From Chiloscyllium plagiosum (Eukaryota), in NCBI RefSeq assembly GCF_004010195.1, contig NC_057719.1, forward strand, positions 58,544,079 to 58,608,078: a stretch of 64,000 nucleotides of DNA, written 5' to 3'. The position numbers were made by a program, and so were the translations under genes. Each line of letters begins with the position of its first letter. The stretch's first letter is position 1. This document shows positions 35,990 to 48,331 of this stretch, in pieces. Below the pieces are notes generated by a model. The model was not told the DNA's origin. It ran no database searches and saw only the letters and a program-made list of their open reading frames with translations.

Positions 35990-36944
35990 TTAGCATCACC
36001 AAGGGGAAGAATAGGCAGAGAGCAGATGAACGCAAAAGAATTGGCGGCCTGAAGTGCATATACTTTAATGCAAGGAGTATAGTAGGTAAGGCAGATGAAC
36101 TTAGGGCTTGGATTAGTGCCTGGGAGTATGACATTATTGCGATTAAAGAGACTTGGTTGAAGGAAGGACATGATTGGCAATTAAATGTTCCGGGATATAG
36201 ATGCTTCAGACAGGACAGGAAGGGAAGTAAAAGCGGGGAAAGAGTTGCATTGTTGGTCAGGGATGATATCACGACTGTGCTAAAGGAGGACACTGTGGAG
36301 GGCTTGAGCAGTGAGGCATTATAGGTGGAGCTGAGAAATAAGAAGGGTGCAGTTACATTGGTGGGGCTTTATTACAGCCTCCTAACAGTGAGTGTGAGGT
36401 AGAAGAACAAATAGGTAAACAGATTATGGAAAGATGAAGAGGCAACAGGGTGGTGGTGATAGGAGATTTTAATTTACCCAACATTGACTGGGATACACTT
36501 AGTGTCAGAGGCCTGGATGGGGCAGAACTTGTAAGGAGCATCCAGGAATGTTTTCTAGAGCAGTATGTCAATAGTCTGATGAGGGAAGTGGCCATATTGG
36601 ACCTAGTGTTAGGGAATGAGCCAGGCCAGTTGGTAGAAGTTGCAGTAGGGGATTTCGTTGAGAATAGTGACCACAATTCTATAAGTTTTAGCATACTCGT
36701 AGACAAAGGTGAGAATGGTCCTAAGGGACAAGTGCTAAACTGGGTCAAGGCCAATTATGTCAAAATTAGGCAGGAGCTTGGAAATGTGGATAGGGGCATC
36801 TATTTGACAGGAAGTCCATCTTTGATATGTGGGAGGTTTTCAAAGATAGGTATGACCCTTTTAGAAAAAGGGATAGGAAAGACAAGAAATGGTGTGACTA
36901 GCCAAGAGGAAAAGGGAAGCGTACATAAGGCCCAGGCAGCTAAG
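35990..36944 (+). mobile_element. CR1 ORF2 endonuclease fragment
   Basis: LKCIYFNARSI, IAIKETWL, VIGDFNLPNIDW, ILDLVL and SDHNSI motifs. Confidence 0.9.
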
Positions 36945-37460
36945 AATCCCCTCTGCCCCCTGTTGAAAGCATCTACATCCTTCCTATAATGAGGCAACCA
37001 GAACTGGACACAAAATTCCAGCTACCGTCTAACCAGGGTTTTACAGAGCTGTAGCAAAACCTCATGGCTCTTAAACTCAATCCCACTATTAATGAAAGCC
37101 AAAATACCATATGCCTCCTTAACAACCCAATCAACTTGGGTGGCAACTTTGAGGGATCTATACATGGACTCCACTGTTCCTCCACACTGACAAGAATCCT
37201 GCCTTTAACCCTGCAATCAGCATTCAAATTCAACCTTCCAAAATGAATCACATCCCATTTATCCAGGTTGAACTCCATCTGCCACTTTTCAGCATTGCTC
37301 TGCATCCTGTCAATGTCATGTTGTAACCTGCAACAGCCCACGACACCATCTACAATACCACCGAGCTTTGTGTCATCGACATATTTACTAACCCACCTTT
37401 CCACTTCTTCATCCAAGTCATTTATTAAAAACTACGAAGAGCAGAGACCCAAGAACAGAT
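36945..37460 (-). mobile_element. CR1 RT fragment, opposite orientation
   Basis: ORF 36973-37416: SKYVDDTKLGG, KWQMEFNLDK. Confidence 0.88.
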
Positions 37461-38289
37461 CAAGGAATTAGGTGGTGGGATTTCCTCCACTAAATTTGGC
37501 TGCGTGATCTCACCCACCAAGTTAGCTAGTGTTTCTGGTCCTTCCAGCAGCATAGACTGGAGTCTTGAGTCTGGCTTATGTGGCAGTGCTAACTACAAGG
37601 GTACCCTGCAGCCTCTTGCAAAGTGCCTGTATGCCCACTATTGCAGCGGCAGCTGCTACCTTGGACCTCCCTACTGCTGATTCCCCTCTCACTGGGGGGA
37701 TAGCTGTATGGAGGTAAATGGCTCTGATAATAGCTTCCCTAGTTTCAGTTCTCCCCTTCATTCCCAGGGGGCCAAGGTTTATGGTTTAATGAGTGCATTT
37801 TTATCTTGCCTTGTTTGGGGTGCTCTGATTCATGGACCTCTTTCTCCCATGCTCAGGACACCTTTCTTATCACCCATCATTCTGTGGTGATATTCTCCGT
37901 TGTATCAACATTTTCGCATGATTTCTTTGCTGCCTCAGCAGCATGTGAAACATGTGTTTGGATCCAATTTACCCTGTTTTGCAGTGTCTGCAAAGTCCGG
38001 TCTAGGTTATAGAGATTCTTGTGAACTTCTATTGGGTGTTCTCCCTTTCACTGCCTACACTTACTTAATTCCTTCACGCATCTCCCATATTATATCTTAC
38101 AGTGCCTAGGCTTGCCATTTTCTTGGCCTGCAGATCCCCTCCTCCCATATTCAGAGGATTGGGTAAGGCAAAATGCTTCACAAGGTTCAGACACATTAAC
38201 ATTAATTTTATCTTCAACATTTCGACGTTGATGGAGGTCAGCTGTGGATTCAATTGTGGGGATTTTCTTGGCTATCTCCAATTGCACCA

Positions 38290-38775
38290 CCATAAACAAG
38301 GTTGTTTAGTTAGAAGTCTTGAAGTCTCAACCTTCCTACTTTCAAGATGGATGTAAAATTCAATCATGTTGTGGTCGCTGCTACCTACGGGTGCCTTAAC
38401 TCTGACGTAATTAATTAATACTGTCACATTACTCAATACCAAGTCTAATATAACCTGCTCTCTGCTCAGTTCCAAAGCATGCTGCTCTGAGAAGCTATCT
38501 CAAAGGCACTCAATGAACTTCTCATCCAGGTTACTATTGCCAGTCTGATTTATCCAATTGAGATTTAGATTGAAGTCCTTTGTGATTATTGCTGGCCTTA
38601 ATTCCAAGCAGCCAAAAATTATTCTTGCACGCTTTGTCCCTCGTTGTGATTACTGTTAGGAGGCCTGTAGATCACTCCCACTGATGATTTCTTTCCCTTT
38701 CTCATTTTGAACAAAACAATTCTATATCCTGGTCTCCTGAACCAAGGTTGCACAAATACCATTCTGATTAGCACT
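38290..38775 (-). mobile_element. CR1 endonuclease fragment
   Basis: GVIYRPPNS and ILDLVLSN...SSDHNMIEF motifs. Confidence 0.8.
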
Positions 38776-38778
38776 GCT

Positions 38779-41700
38779 AGGAGAACGTAGGGACTGCAGA
38801 TGCTGGAGATCAGAGTTGAGAGTGTGGTGCTGGAAAAGCACAGCAGGTCAGGCAGCATCTGAGGAGCAGGAGAATCGACGTTTCAGGCATAAGCTCCCAG
38901 CTCCAGCCACACTCCAGGTACTAGCCTCAAGTCCTGCCGTGTTTTTACTATTTCCCCAGATCTCCCCCTTACTGAAGATGCCAAACACAACAATTGGCCG
39001 TGTCAAAATATAAATTAATCTTCCTCATAATGTCGAAGCCTAAATTGTGCTCAGCGTCAATATGGAGATTAACTAACACGGCTGTCTGATAGCACTCCAC
39101 ATCTCCCAGTTCAAGTTCTATAGTTCTGTTTCCGCCACCTTCTGTAAGTGTCCAGTGAATTCAGTCAGAAGAGTTTTCTTACAGGTGTGCAATTTGTTAT
39201 CAAATCGTTTCAGTCCTCAGAAATGGCCTCAACTTCATCCTTCTATGATCCCAGATTAATGAGTTTGACACGCATTGCGACATTGAACATTTCTTCTGCC
39301 GCCTCTGCGTCTGGGCCCACTTTATCCATTCAGACTCCCGCCCACCCACCCAACAAGGACCCCATCTCCCACCTCCAGCATGCCCCATCTACCTGGACAC
39401 CCCATGCTGGCCTGTTACTCACACTGAACCTCTTTATTTCTAACAACCACTGGCACCGACGTGATACCTACACTGTCGTCACTTCTGCCCCTGCAATTGT
39501 CACCGCTGCAGCCACTTCTGACCCCAGAAATGTCACTCACCGGAACACCGATGACTATACCATTGATGTCACTTTGCCATCAGCGACATCACTCACCAGA
39601 ACTCAGCTGCTGATGTCACGCGTTACATCACCCCTGTGGGTACTGTCGTAGGCCCCACTCCCAACCCACCATGGTGAGTGTCACTTCCGCTAGTGATGTC
39701 ACTCCCAATCCCATAACCATGCCCACTCCAGTGGCAGTCTGCACTCCAGTCTCAGCTCCAGCGCCACCCCAGGTTCTACGTCCCAGTGCTGCTGTGTTTT
39801 TACTATTCCCCCGGACCTCTCCCTTACTGAGGATGAAAGTTCAGTCCTCAGCAAAGGCCTCCTGGATTAATGCGTTTGACATGCATTGCAACATCAAACA
39901 TTTCTTCCTCCACCTACGGACCCACTTTTTCAATTCAGACTCCCACCCACCCACCTTCTCCTGCCTCCAACATAGCCCATCCACCTGGACACTCCGTGCT
40001 GTCCTGTTACCCACCCTGAACATCTTCATTTCTAACAAGACCTGCAAAGGACCTCTGCTGTTTTATATCTTCAGAACAATTCACTCACTGACCAAATGCT
40101 TTTTCCTCACTATATTGGACATAAAAGAACGTAAGTTGAACAAACTCTCATGTATTTACCTCAATACTTGGGTTTCCTCAACCATTTCAGAATCTTCTCC
40201 TGGCCCCTGGAACTACTTGGATGCCATTAGCCACACGGCTGCTCCAGCCACAACCACCATAGTGAATTATGACATCATTTCCACCCTCGTCGCCCCACAG
40301 ACCACAACCACTGCCGACCATGCTGCAGTGGAACAGATCGCCGTCCAGACAACCACCTCCACAATCACCGGGAAGATGACCACCTCCGCGACCGCTGCAG
40401 GATCCACTGCTGCTGCGACTGCCACAGGATCCACTGCCACCGCAAGATCTTTCCCTTCTCCCCCTGTTTGTTAAGTCTCTCATCTGTTAGAATGACCATG
40501 CTAGTTTCACTACTTTCATATGTAAATCACAAAACCTTTTTTAAAAGTTACATTCCCAGGTTAATTTTAACAATTAGTGTCAGCCCAGATAATATGTTGA
40601 AGGTGTTAGCCCTCTGTGTGCTGTTGTCTGTGCCATAATGTTTAGATTGATTCTAATCTAAAAAAAAGTTAACAGACTCTTACACGGATTCATGCAGTTT
40701 TTGAGCAAAGTACAACGTAACTTTGCAAGAACAAATTCACCCCACAAGCGTTTATGTGTATGTGTGCATGTGGGTTTGTGTGTGTGTCTGGAGTGGGAGT
40801 ATGTGAGTCTCTGTGAGAGAGAGTGTATATACGTGTGTGTGTGTGAGAGTGTAAAAGGGTCTAAGTCTGTGAGAGGGTGCATGTGTGAGTGTGGGAGTGT
40901 GTGTGTGTGTGTGTGTGTGTGTAGGAGTGTGTGTGAGCCTCTGTGTCTTACAATTGTGTACTCCACAACCACCTGATGAAGAAGCAGCGCTCTGAAAGCT
41001 AGTGCTTCCAATTAAACCTGTTAGACTATAACCTGGTGTTGTGTGATTTTTAACTTTGTACACCCCAGTCCAACACCAGTATCTCCAAATCATGATAACC
41101 CAGGTCAAATTCACCTGGGCCATCTCAGACATCTCCCTCCCCTTCCTGGACCTTTCCATCTCCATCTCCAGCGACTGACTAACTACGGACATCTACTACA
41201 AGCCCACTGACTCCCACAGCAACCTGGACTACACCTCCTCCTACCCTACCTCCTGTAAAAAAGCCATCCCTTTTCCCAATGCCTCTGTCTCCACTGCATC
41301 TGTTCCCAGGATGACCAATTCCACCTGAGAAAACCCCAGATGGCCTTATTCTTCCAAGATTGGAATTTCCCTTCCCATGTGTTCGACGATGCCCTCCAAT
41401 GCATCTCCTCCACTCCACCTCTGCCCTTAAACTTCATCCCTCCCAATGCAACAAGGACAGAACCCCCCTGGTCCTCACCTTCCACTCCACCAACTCCGCA
41501 TACATCGCATCATCCTCTGCCACTTCTGTTACCTACAAATGGACCCCACGACCAGGGATATATTTCCCTCGCCACCTCTATCAGCATTCTGGAGAGATCA
41601 TTCCATCTGCGGCTCCCTTGTCAGATCTTCACCCCCACCCCCTCACCAGCCCACAGCCCACTCCTGGCACCTTCACCTGCCACCGCAGAAAGTGCAAAAC

Positions 41701-41942
41701 CTACGCCCACACCTCCCCCCTCACCTCCGTCCAAGACACCAAAGGATCCTTCCATATCCAACAGAAATTTATCTGTACCTCCACCACTTATTGCACCCGA
41801 TGTAGTCTCCTCTACATTACATTACAGGACACCAACCATCGGATCATTTCAGAAAACATCTCTGGGATACCTGCACCAACCAACCCCACCATTCCGTGGC
41901 TGAACACTTAACTCCCCTCCCCCTTTGCCAAGGACATGCAGG
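38779..41942. mobile_element. Cluster of Penelope-like element fragments, including RT C-terminus and GIY-YIG endonuclease at about 41100-41940 (+)
   Basis: TDIYYKPTDSHSNLDYTSS...KAIPF, PLVLTFH, PGTFTCHRRKCKT and CTRCSLLYI motifs. Repeated PLE N-terminal pieces lie at 38900-40450. A (GT)n-containing 3' repeat carries a hammerhead-like ctgatgaagaagcagcgctctgaaag at about 40973. Confidence 0.78.
40750..40945. repeat. Degenerate (GT)n/(GA)n microsatellite
   Basis: Direct inspection; pure GT run at about 40897-40922. Confidence 0.9.
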
Positions 41943-43670
41943 TGGATTCTTAGAACAGCTGGTGCTGGAGCCTACCAGGGAGAAGGCAATTCTGGATCTG
42001 GTATTGTGTAACGAACCAGAATTGATCAGGGACCTCGAAGTGAAGGATCCATTAGGAGGTAGTGACCACAATACAATAAGCTTCAATCTGCAATTTGAAA
42101 GGGAGAGGGTACAATCGGTAGTGACAATATTTCAGTTGAATAAAGGGAACTATGGAGTTATGAGGGAGGATCTGGCCAAAGTTCAATGGTGCAATACTTT
42201 AGCAGGGATGACAGTGGAGGAACAATGGCAGATATTTCTGGGTGTAATGCAGAAGATGCAGGATCAGTTCGTTCCAAAAAAGAAGAAAGATCCTATAAGA
42301 AGCAGGGGTGGCCGTAGCTGACGAGGGAAGTTAAGGAACATATAAAATCAAAAGAGAAAAAGTATAACATAGCAAAGATGAGTGGGAAAAAGGAGGACAG
42401 GGAAGCTTTTAAAGAACAACAGAGGTTTACTAAGAAGGAAATATGCAGAGAAAAAATGAGGTACGAAGGTAAACTGGCCAAAAATTTAAAGGAGGATAGT
42501 AAAAGCTTTTTTAGGTATGTGAAAGGGAAAAGAATGGTTAAGACTAAAATTGGGCCCTTGAAGACACAAACAGGGGAATATATTACGGGGAACAAAGAAA
42601 TGGCATAAGAGTTGAATTGGTACTTCAGATCTGTGTTCACTGGGGAAGACACAAGCAACCTCCCCGAGGTAACAGTGGCCGAAGGACCTGAACTGAAGGG
42701 AATTTATATTTGCCAGGAATTGGTGTTGGAGAAACTGTTAGGTCTGAAGGCTGATAAGTCCCTGGGGCCTGATGGTCTACATCCCAGGGTACTGAAGGAG
42801 GTGGCTCTAGAAATTGTGGATGCGTTGGTGATAATTTTCCAGAGTTTGGTAGATTCAGGATCAGTTCCTGCAGATTGGAGGGTGGCTAATGTTGTGCCAC
42901 TTTTTAAGAAAGTAGCGAGAGAAAAAGCAGAAAATTATAGACTAATAGTCTGACCTCAGTGGTGGCAAAGATGCTGGAGTCAATTATAAAGGATGAAATT
43001 ACGACACATCTGGATAGCAGTACAGGATAGGTCAGAGTCAGCATGGATTTATGAAGGGGAAATCATGCTTGACTAATCTTCTGGAATTTTTTGAGGATGT
43101 AACTCTGAAGATGGACAAGGGAGATCCAGTAGATGTAGTGTACCTGGACTTTCAGAAAGCTTTTGATAAAGTCCCACATTGGACGTTAGTGAGCAAAATT
43201 AGGGTGCATGGTAATTGGGGGCAAAGTACTGATTTGGATTGAAAATTACTTGGCTGACAGGAAACAAAGAGTAGTGATAAACGGCTCCATTTCGGAATGG
43301 CAGGCAGTGACCAGTGGGGTACCGCAGGGATCAGTACTGGGATCGCAGCTTTTTACAATATATATAAACTATATAGAAGATGGTATTAATAGTAACATTA
43401 GCAAATTTGCTGATGATACAAAGCTGGGTGGCAGGATGAAATGTGAGGAAGATGTTAGGAGATCCTCCAGGGTGACCTGGACAGGTTAGGTGAGTGGACA
43501 GATGCATGGCAGATGCAGTTTAATGTGGATAAATGTATGGTTATCCACTTTGGTGGCAAGAACAGGAAGGCAGATTACTACCTAAATGGAGTCAAGTTAG
43601 GTAAAGGGGCAGTACAAAGAGATCTGGGTGTTCTTGGACACCAGTCAATGAAGGCAAGCATGCAGGTACA
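41943..43670 (+). mobile_element. CR1 ORF2 internal fragment (EN end to RT)
   Basis: ILDLVLCN, GSDHN, GPDGLHPRVLKE, YLDFQKAFDKV, GVPQGSVLG and FADDTKL motifs. Truncated at both ends. Confidence 0.92.
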
Positions 43671-43860
43671 GACATCCATGTTCAGAGCAATTGAGAATAA
43701 TAGCCTCCTTGAAATAACTGAAAAACTTCAATAAGACGAAGTTGAAATTCACACACTAGGTTTTCATCCAACATGTTTATTTGGAAGCGTTAGTTTTCTA
43801 GGCACTGCCCCTTCATCAGGTGGTTGTGGAACAGGACCATAAGACACAGAATTTATATCG

Positions 43861-44688
43861 GGAAAGTGAGGACTGCAGATCCTGGAGATCAGAGTTGAGA
43901 GTGTGATGCTGGAAAAGCACAGCGGGTCAGGCAGCTTCCGAGGAGCAGGGAAATCTTCGTTTCAGGCATAAGCCCTTCATCAGGAATTAGGTTTATGGGC
44001 TGGGGGGCTGAGATATAAATGGGAGGGTGCTGGGGCTGGGGGGAAGGTAACTAAGAATGCAATAGGTAAATGAGGGTGGGGGAAAAGTGATAGGTCAGAG
44101 AGGAGCGTGGAGCGGATAGATGGGAAAGGTGATGGACTGATCAAAAGGGCGTTGCAGAGTTGGGGGCTTGGGACTGGGATAAGATGGGGGGAGGGGAAAT
44201 GAAGAAACTCCCCCTCCCACTCCACCAAGGACATACAGGTCTTGGGCCTCCTACATCGCCAAACCCTAACCACCCAACACCTGGAGAAAGACCACCTCAT
44301 CTTCCACCTTGGGAGCCTGTCACCACACAGGATTAATGTGGATTCCACCAATTTCCTCATTCCCCCCCCCCCCCCCAACATTATCCCAGTCCCAAGTCTC
44401 CAACTCAACACCGCCCTCGTGACCTGTCCATCACCGTTCCCATCTTTCCGCTCCAACCGTCTCCCCCACCTTCATCTACCTATCGCATTCTCAGCTACCT
44501 TCCCCCCCAACACTGCCGCCCTCCCATTTATCTCTCAGCCCCCAGGCACACCAACCTGATTCCTGATGAAGGGCTTATGTCCGAAATGTTGATTCTCCTG
44601 CTCCTCGGATGCGGCCTGACCTGCTGTGCTTTTCCGGCTCCATACCCTCGGCTCTGTTCTCCAGCCTCTGTAGTCCTCACTTTCTCCT
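43861..44688. mobile_element. Penelope element remnant with inverted terminal repeats
   Basis: 43861-44205 is minus-oriented and 44206-44688 is plus-oriented (GIY-YIG C-terminus LEKDHLIFHLGSL.P..IN plus terminal repeat). Each arm carries a hammerhead-like motif. Confidence 0.82.
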
Positions 44689-44849
44689 AACCAACTCAGC
44701 TAAATGTTGCATATTTTCAATTTTCCAGTACACTCTGAGACTGTTATCTAGTTATGTATGACATAGGTTCTTGTAAGCTCTTGGTGCAGAATAGCATTCA
44801 CTCTCTCTTAAAGGTACAGTACACGCCTTCAACTTCATAACACTTTGAT

Positions 44850-45360
44850 GTACTCCTTCCTGCCTGTTTCTTGTCTCTGTGCTACAATATACCATATCTT
44901 TCATATTTTGTCCCTTAGCTCCACTATTTTGTTTCTTGCCTCAATCATTACCAGTTATGACTCAGATCAGCACAGTTCAGGTTTAGAGAATTCCAACAAT
45001 GCAGCCCCCACTTTCTCCCGTACTGGTACCAGTGGCCCATGAACTGAAACTCACTTCTTCCACATTAGACTTTGAGCCACGTACTTATTTCTCTCATTTC
45101 AAGTACCCTGTGATACTTTACAAGTAGCTTTGCTGATAATCCAGATGTTATAACGTTTGAAATTCTGCTTTTCAATTTAATGCCAAGTTCCTCATGCTCC
45201 CAATGCAGTACCCCTTTCGTAGTTCTACCTAAATCACTTCTATCTGCATGGGGCCATGAACACTAAATCCTCCCCCTACCACTGCAAGTTTCTTTCCAGC
45301 CCAAAACTTGGCAGTGGATAGGGAACACAGCCATCGGGAGTCTCGCTCTTTGGTGCAGAG
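44850..45360 (-). mobile_element. Old CR1 ORF1 (SGNH esterase) remnant
   Basis: The minus strand reads FMGHWYQY, matching the esterase of the younger CR1 at 51.7-52.3 kb. Confidence 0.55.
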
Positions 45361-46164
45361 AATTGTGTCCCCCACCCCCCGACTATATTATCTTCTTCTG
45401 CTTATTCTTTTTCTTTTGTGCCTATTCCTACTTCTACAACTATTACTATTGCTATGCAACAATAACAAGGTTCCTTGAATATCACCCCCCCCCCCCCCAC
45501 CAACTTTACTGTCTTCCTGTAGGATGGGTCCATCGTCAGTTTGCACATTTGCCCTGCAGCTCATTACTCTATCCAAACAGGCTGAGACAGTATCAAGCCA
45601 CTGGCCAATTTGCAGAGTTTGATACTCCTATTCTCTGGGTTCCCTTCCCTGCCTTACTCAGAGTTACAACTTCCAATTGCTGTTGACTGACAAAATGAGA
45701 AGTTCCTATCACAAGTGGTGTGTCTATATCCTGATACAAATATTGCAAGTAACTTTCCCCTCCCTGATGTGTCGCAGTGTTTGCTCTTTAGCTTCTAGCT
45801 CAGAAAATCTGAACTGAAGCTACTTTAACTTCAAACAGTGCATATATGTTTCACCTGGAAACAATGGTATCCAGGAGGTCCCACATGCTGCAACATTGAC
45901 CTATCAGCTGAACTGCCAACCTTCATGAGTTTGAATTACTTAATTATATTATTCATTTATTTATTTTGTCTTTTAACATATTTTAGTATCCAAATTGATG
46001 CTAAAGTTAGGATGTTCAAATTTAAGCAAAGAAAAGACCTTAATCACTTAGCAGAAACTCAACAAACAGCTAGCTTCTTTCTCTATAGCTCCATGAATCG
46101 AGCTGTTTCTCTGACTGCCTGCCTCAGGGTCTTTATCTTGTCTGCAACTCTCCTCCACCAAGGT

Positions 46165-46520
46165 CGCATGATGGCACAGTGGTTAGTACTGCTGCCTCAA
46201 ATATTAGGGACCCAGGTTCAGTTTCAGCATAAGGCAACTGTCTGCATGGATTATTCAATGTTCTCCCCTTATCTGAGTGGGATTTTTCAGGGTATTCTGG
46301 TTTCCTCCCACGGTCCAAAGATAGTAGGTAGAGTGGCCAAGCTAAATTTCCCCCTAGTATCCAGGGAGTTGCAGGTCACATGGATTAGCCTTGGTTTAAA
46401 AAAAAGAACCCCATGCAGTGTTATGGGGATTAGATGAGGAAATGGGTCTGGGTGGAGTGATTTTTGGAGTGTTGATGCAGACTCGATGGGCCGAATGGCC
46501 TCTTTCTCCATTATAGCCAT
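46165..46520 (+). mobile_element. Diverged HE1-like V-SINE
   Basis: tggcacagtggttagtactgctgcctca head and gactcgatgggccgaatggcct tail. Confidence 0.8.
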
Positions 46521-47899
46521 TCTGAGTTCCACTGACTATAGGGAAATGGGATAATAAATAGAATATTTCTCTCTGATAAACTTAGAGCGTCAAGATTTTG
46601 ATTAACTAATCAGAATTATGAGAGTATGAATCTATTTATTAGGAATAAAGAAATTCAAGGAAAATTAGTGTAAGTTTATTGCAGAGTAACATGATTTCTT
46701 TGAAGGCACTTTTCCCACAGAGTAGCACTTAATGTATCCTAAATTTATGTAATTATATAAGGTGACATGGGACATTTCCACATGCTAACTTGAATGCTAA
46801 CACACAAGTTGCATTCACACAAGTAGAAGGCAGGATTACAACAGGAACAACTTGAAACAGCCTAACACTTGTTTCGGCAACGGAGACAAAGTTGCAATTT
46901 GTTTTTATTAAAATGTACATAATTTACTGCAAATCTGTAACTGTGACTCTCCTGTTCAATAATAATCTGAAATTTTAAAGAATGCATCATATGTCTTATA
47001 TTGTATATTCTGCTTGCTTCTGTTCACAGTAAAAGGGTCAATAATAAACTTACTTTAAAAACAGGTTAACTTCCATTTGGATGCCTGAGTTAACATCTGG
47101 TCAACTTAATCGAGTTACCTGATGGGTAATGAAGGTGTTACAGTAATAGATGTATGTTTAAAAGGCATTTGATAAAATAAGATGTTGGTCAAGCTAGTAG
47201 GGAGAAGGTATTTCCTCCAGCAATTAGGTTTTTAACAAGAGTCCAAATTTGATATCCCAGACTTTTGACATTTTTATCCAATACTTAATGGTTTGAAGTA
47301 CCCATGTCAAGCATTGTGAGTATAACTCACTCATTGCATTAATGCTATTAAGTGATGCTCCATAAGCATGTTTTGCAATATTAGAAGCTGACACTACAGC
47401 AGAAAACTGAAGGTGGAAAAGATTACAAAGCAAATTAATACTTTTAGTGAAGTGATCATATGTTGAATCTAGCATTCTCTGCAATTTTGTAAGCAATCAG
47501 AAATATTTATGGCTCTTGCCAATAGTGTGGCAGTATGAAAACTCAGTTTAAATGCTTCTTGAATATGTTTATAATAGTTCTCATGGAAGTTATGGCTGAA
47601 TCTCTGCTAAAATGAGAAGTTCAGATCAAAAATTCTTTACATCTATTTGGTAAATGAAGAGCAGTTGCAGAACACCATTGAACGTCAGAGGGTGAATGTT
47701 TCTACATTACAATAAACAGGGACGAATGTTTCTTTCTTTGATAAAATGGTTTTTTGGAGAGATTCATGGTGAGCAGTCTGCTATAGCCCATGTCAGTGTT
47801 TTTCTCACAATCATCCTCCCTTCAGCTTATTAACTAGATACTATGGCACAAAGCTCATTGAATCATGAGAGGTACCCACAGCTTCAGGACTTTGCAACA

Positions 47900-48330
47900 T
47901 TCCACAGCACTTCAAATGCTGCAAACCACAATCCGTCCTGCACTCTTATCCCGAACAACAGGGCCCAAAAGGGCAACTTAGCTCCTTGCTTTGCTGACAG
48001 GGATCTGAAGCTACTTGTGGACAGGGTCATCAAAAAGAGTACAGTGTCTTTTTCTGCTGACTGACAAAGGAGACCATGCCACCAGCTGGACACAGAGCTG
48101 ACTGAGTCAGTACAATGACCTGGGTTAACAGAAATGCCTATCAGTGTAGGAAGAAAGTCAATGATTTTCTGAACATCACTGCGAGATATGCATATGGATC
48201 TGCATTCGATCACTGTCGCCATTGGTGCTCAGCAGCATTGGTAAGGTGAGAAAGGAACAAGGGACCTTAACTGTACTCCAGGTGGTCCTTCCAGAAGGCT
48301 CCTAAAGGGAGGAGGAACAACACGCAGAGT
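47900..48330 (+). mobile_element. Harbinger/PIF-type Myb/SANT-domain remnant
   Basis: APCFADRDLKLLVDRV...NAYQCRKKVNDF resembles the Myb/SANT-like DNA-binding protein of Harbinger transposons. Interrupted by stops. Confidence 0.55.
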
Positions 48331-48331
48331 C

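Noticed and set aside
35990..37460. Twin-priming 5' inversion of one CR1
   Set aside because: The two pieces converge at their 3'-ward ends and no CR1 tail or TSD is visible. Separate fragments or a later rearrangement is more likely.
39671..40474. 267-aa Thr/Ala-rich mucin-like ORF
   Set aside because: It is built from rearranged Penelope fragments and low-complexity sequence. Its segments repeat those at 38900-39450.
41934..43667. catgcaggt at both ends of the CR1 fragment as a TSD
   Set aside because: The downstream copy appears to be ordinary CR1 internal sequence and the element lacks a 3' tail, so this is probably coincidence.
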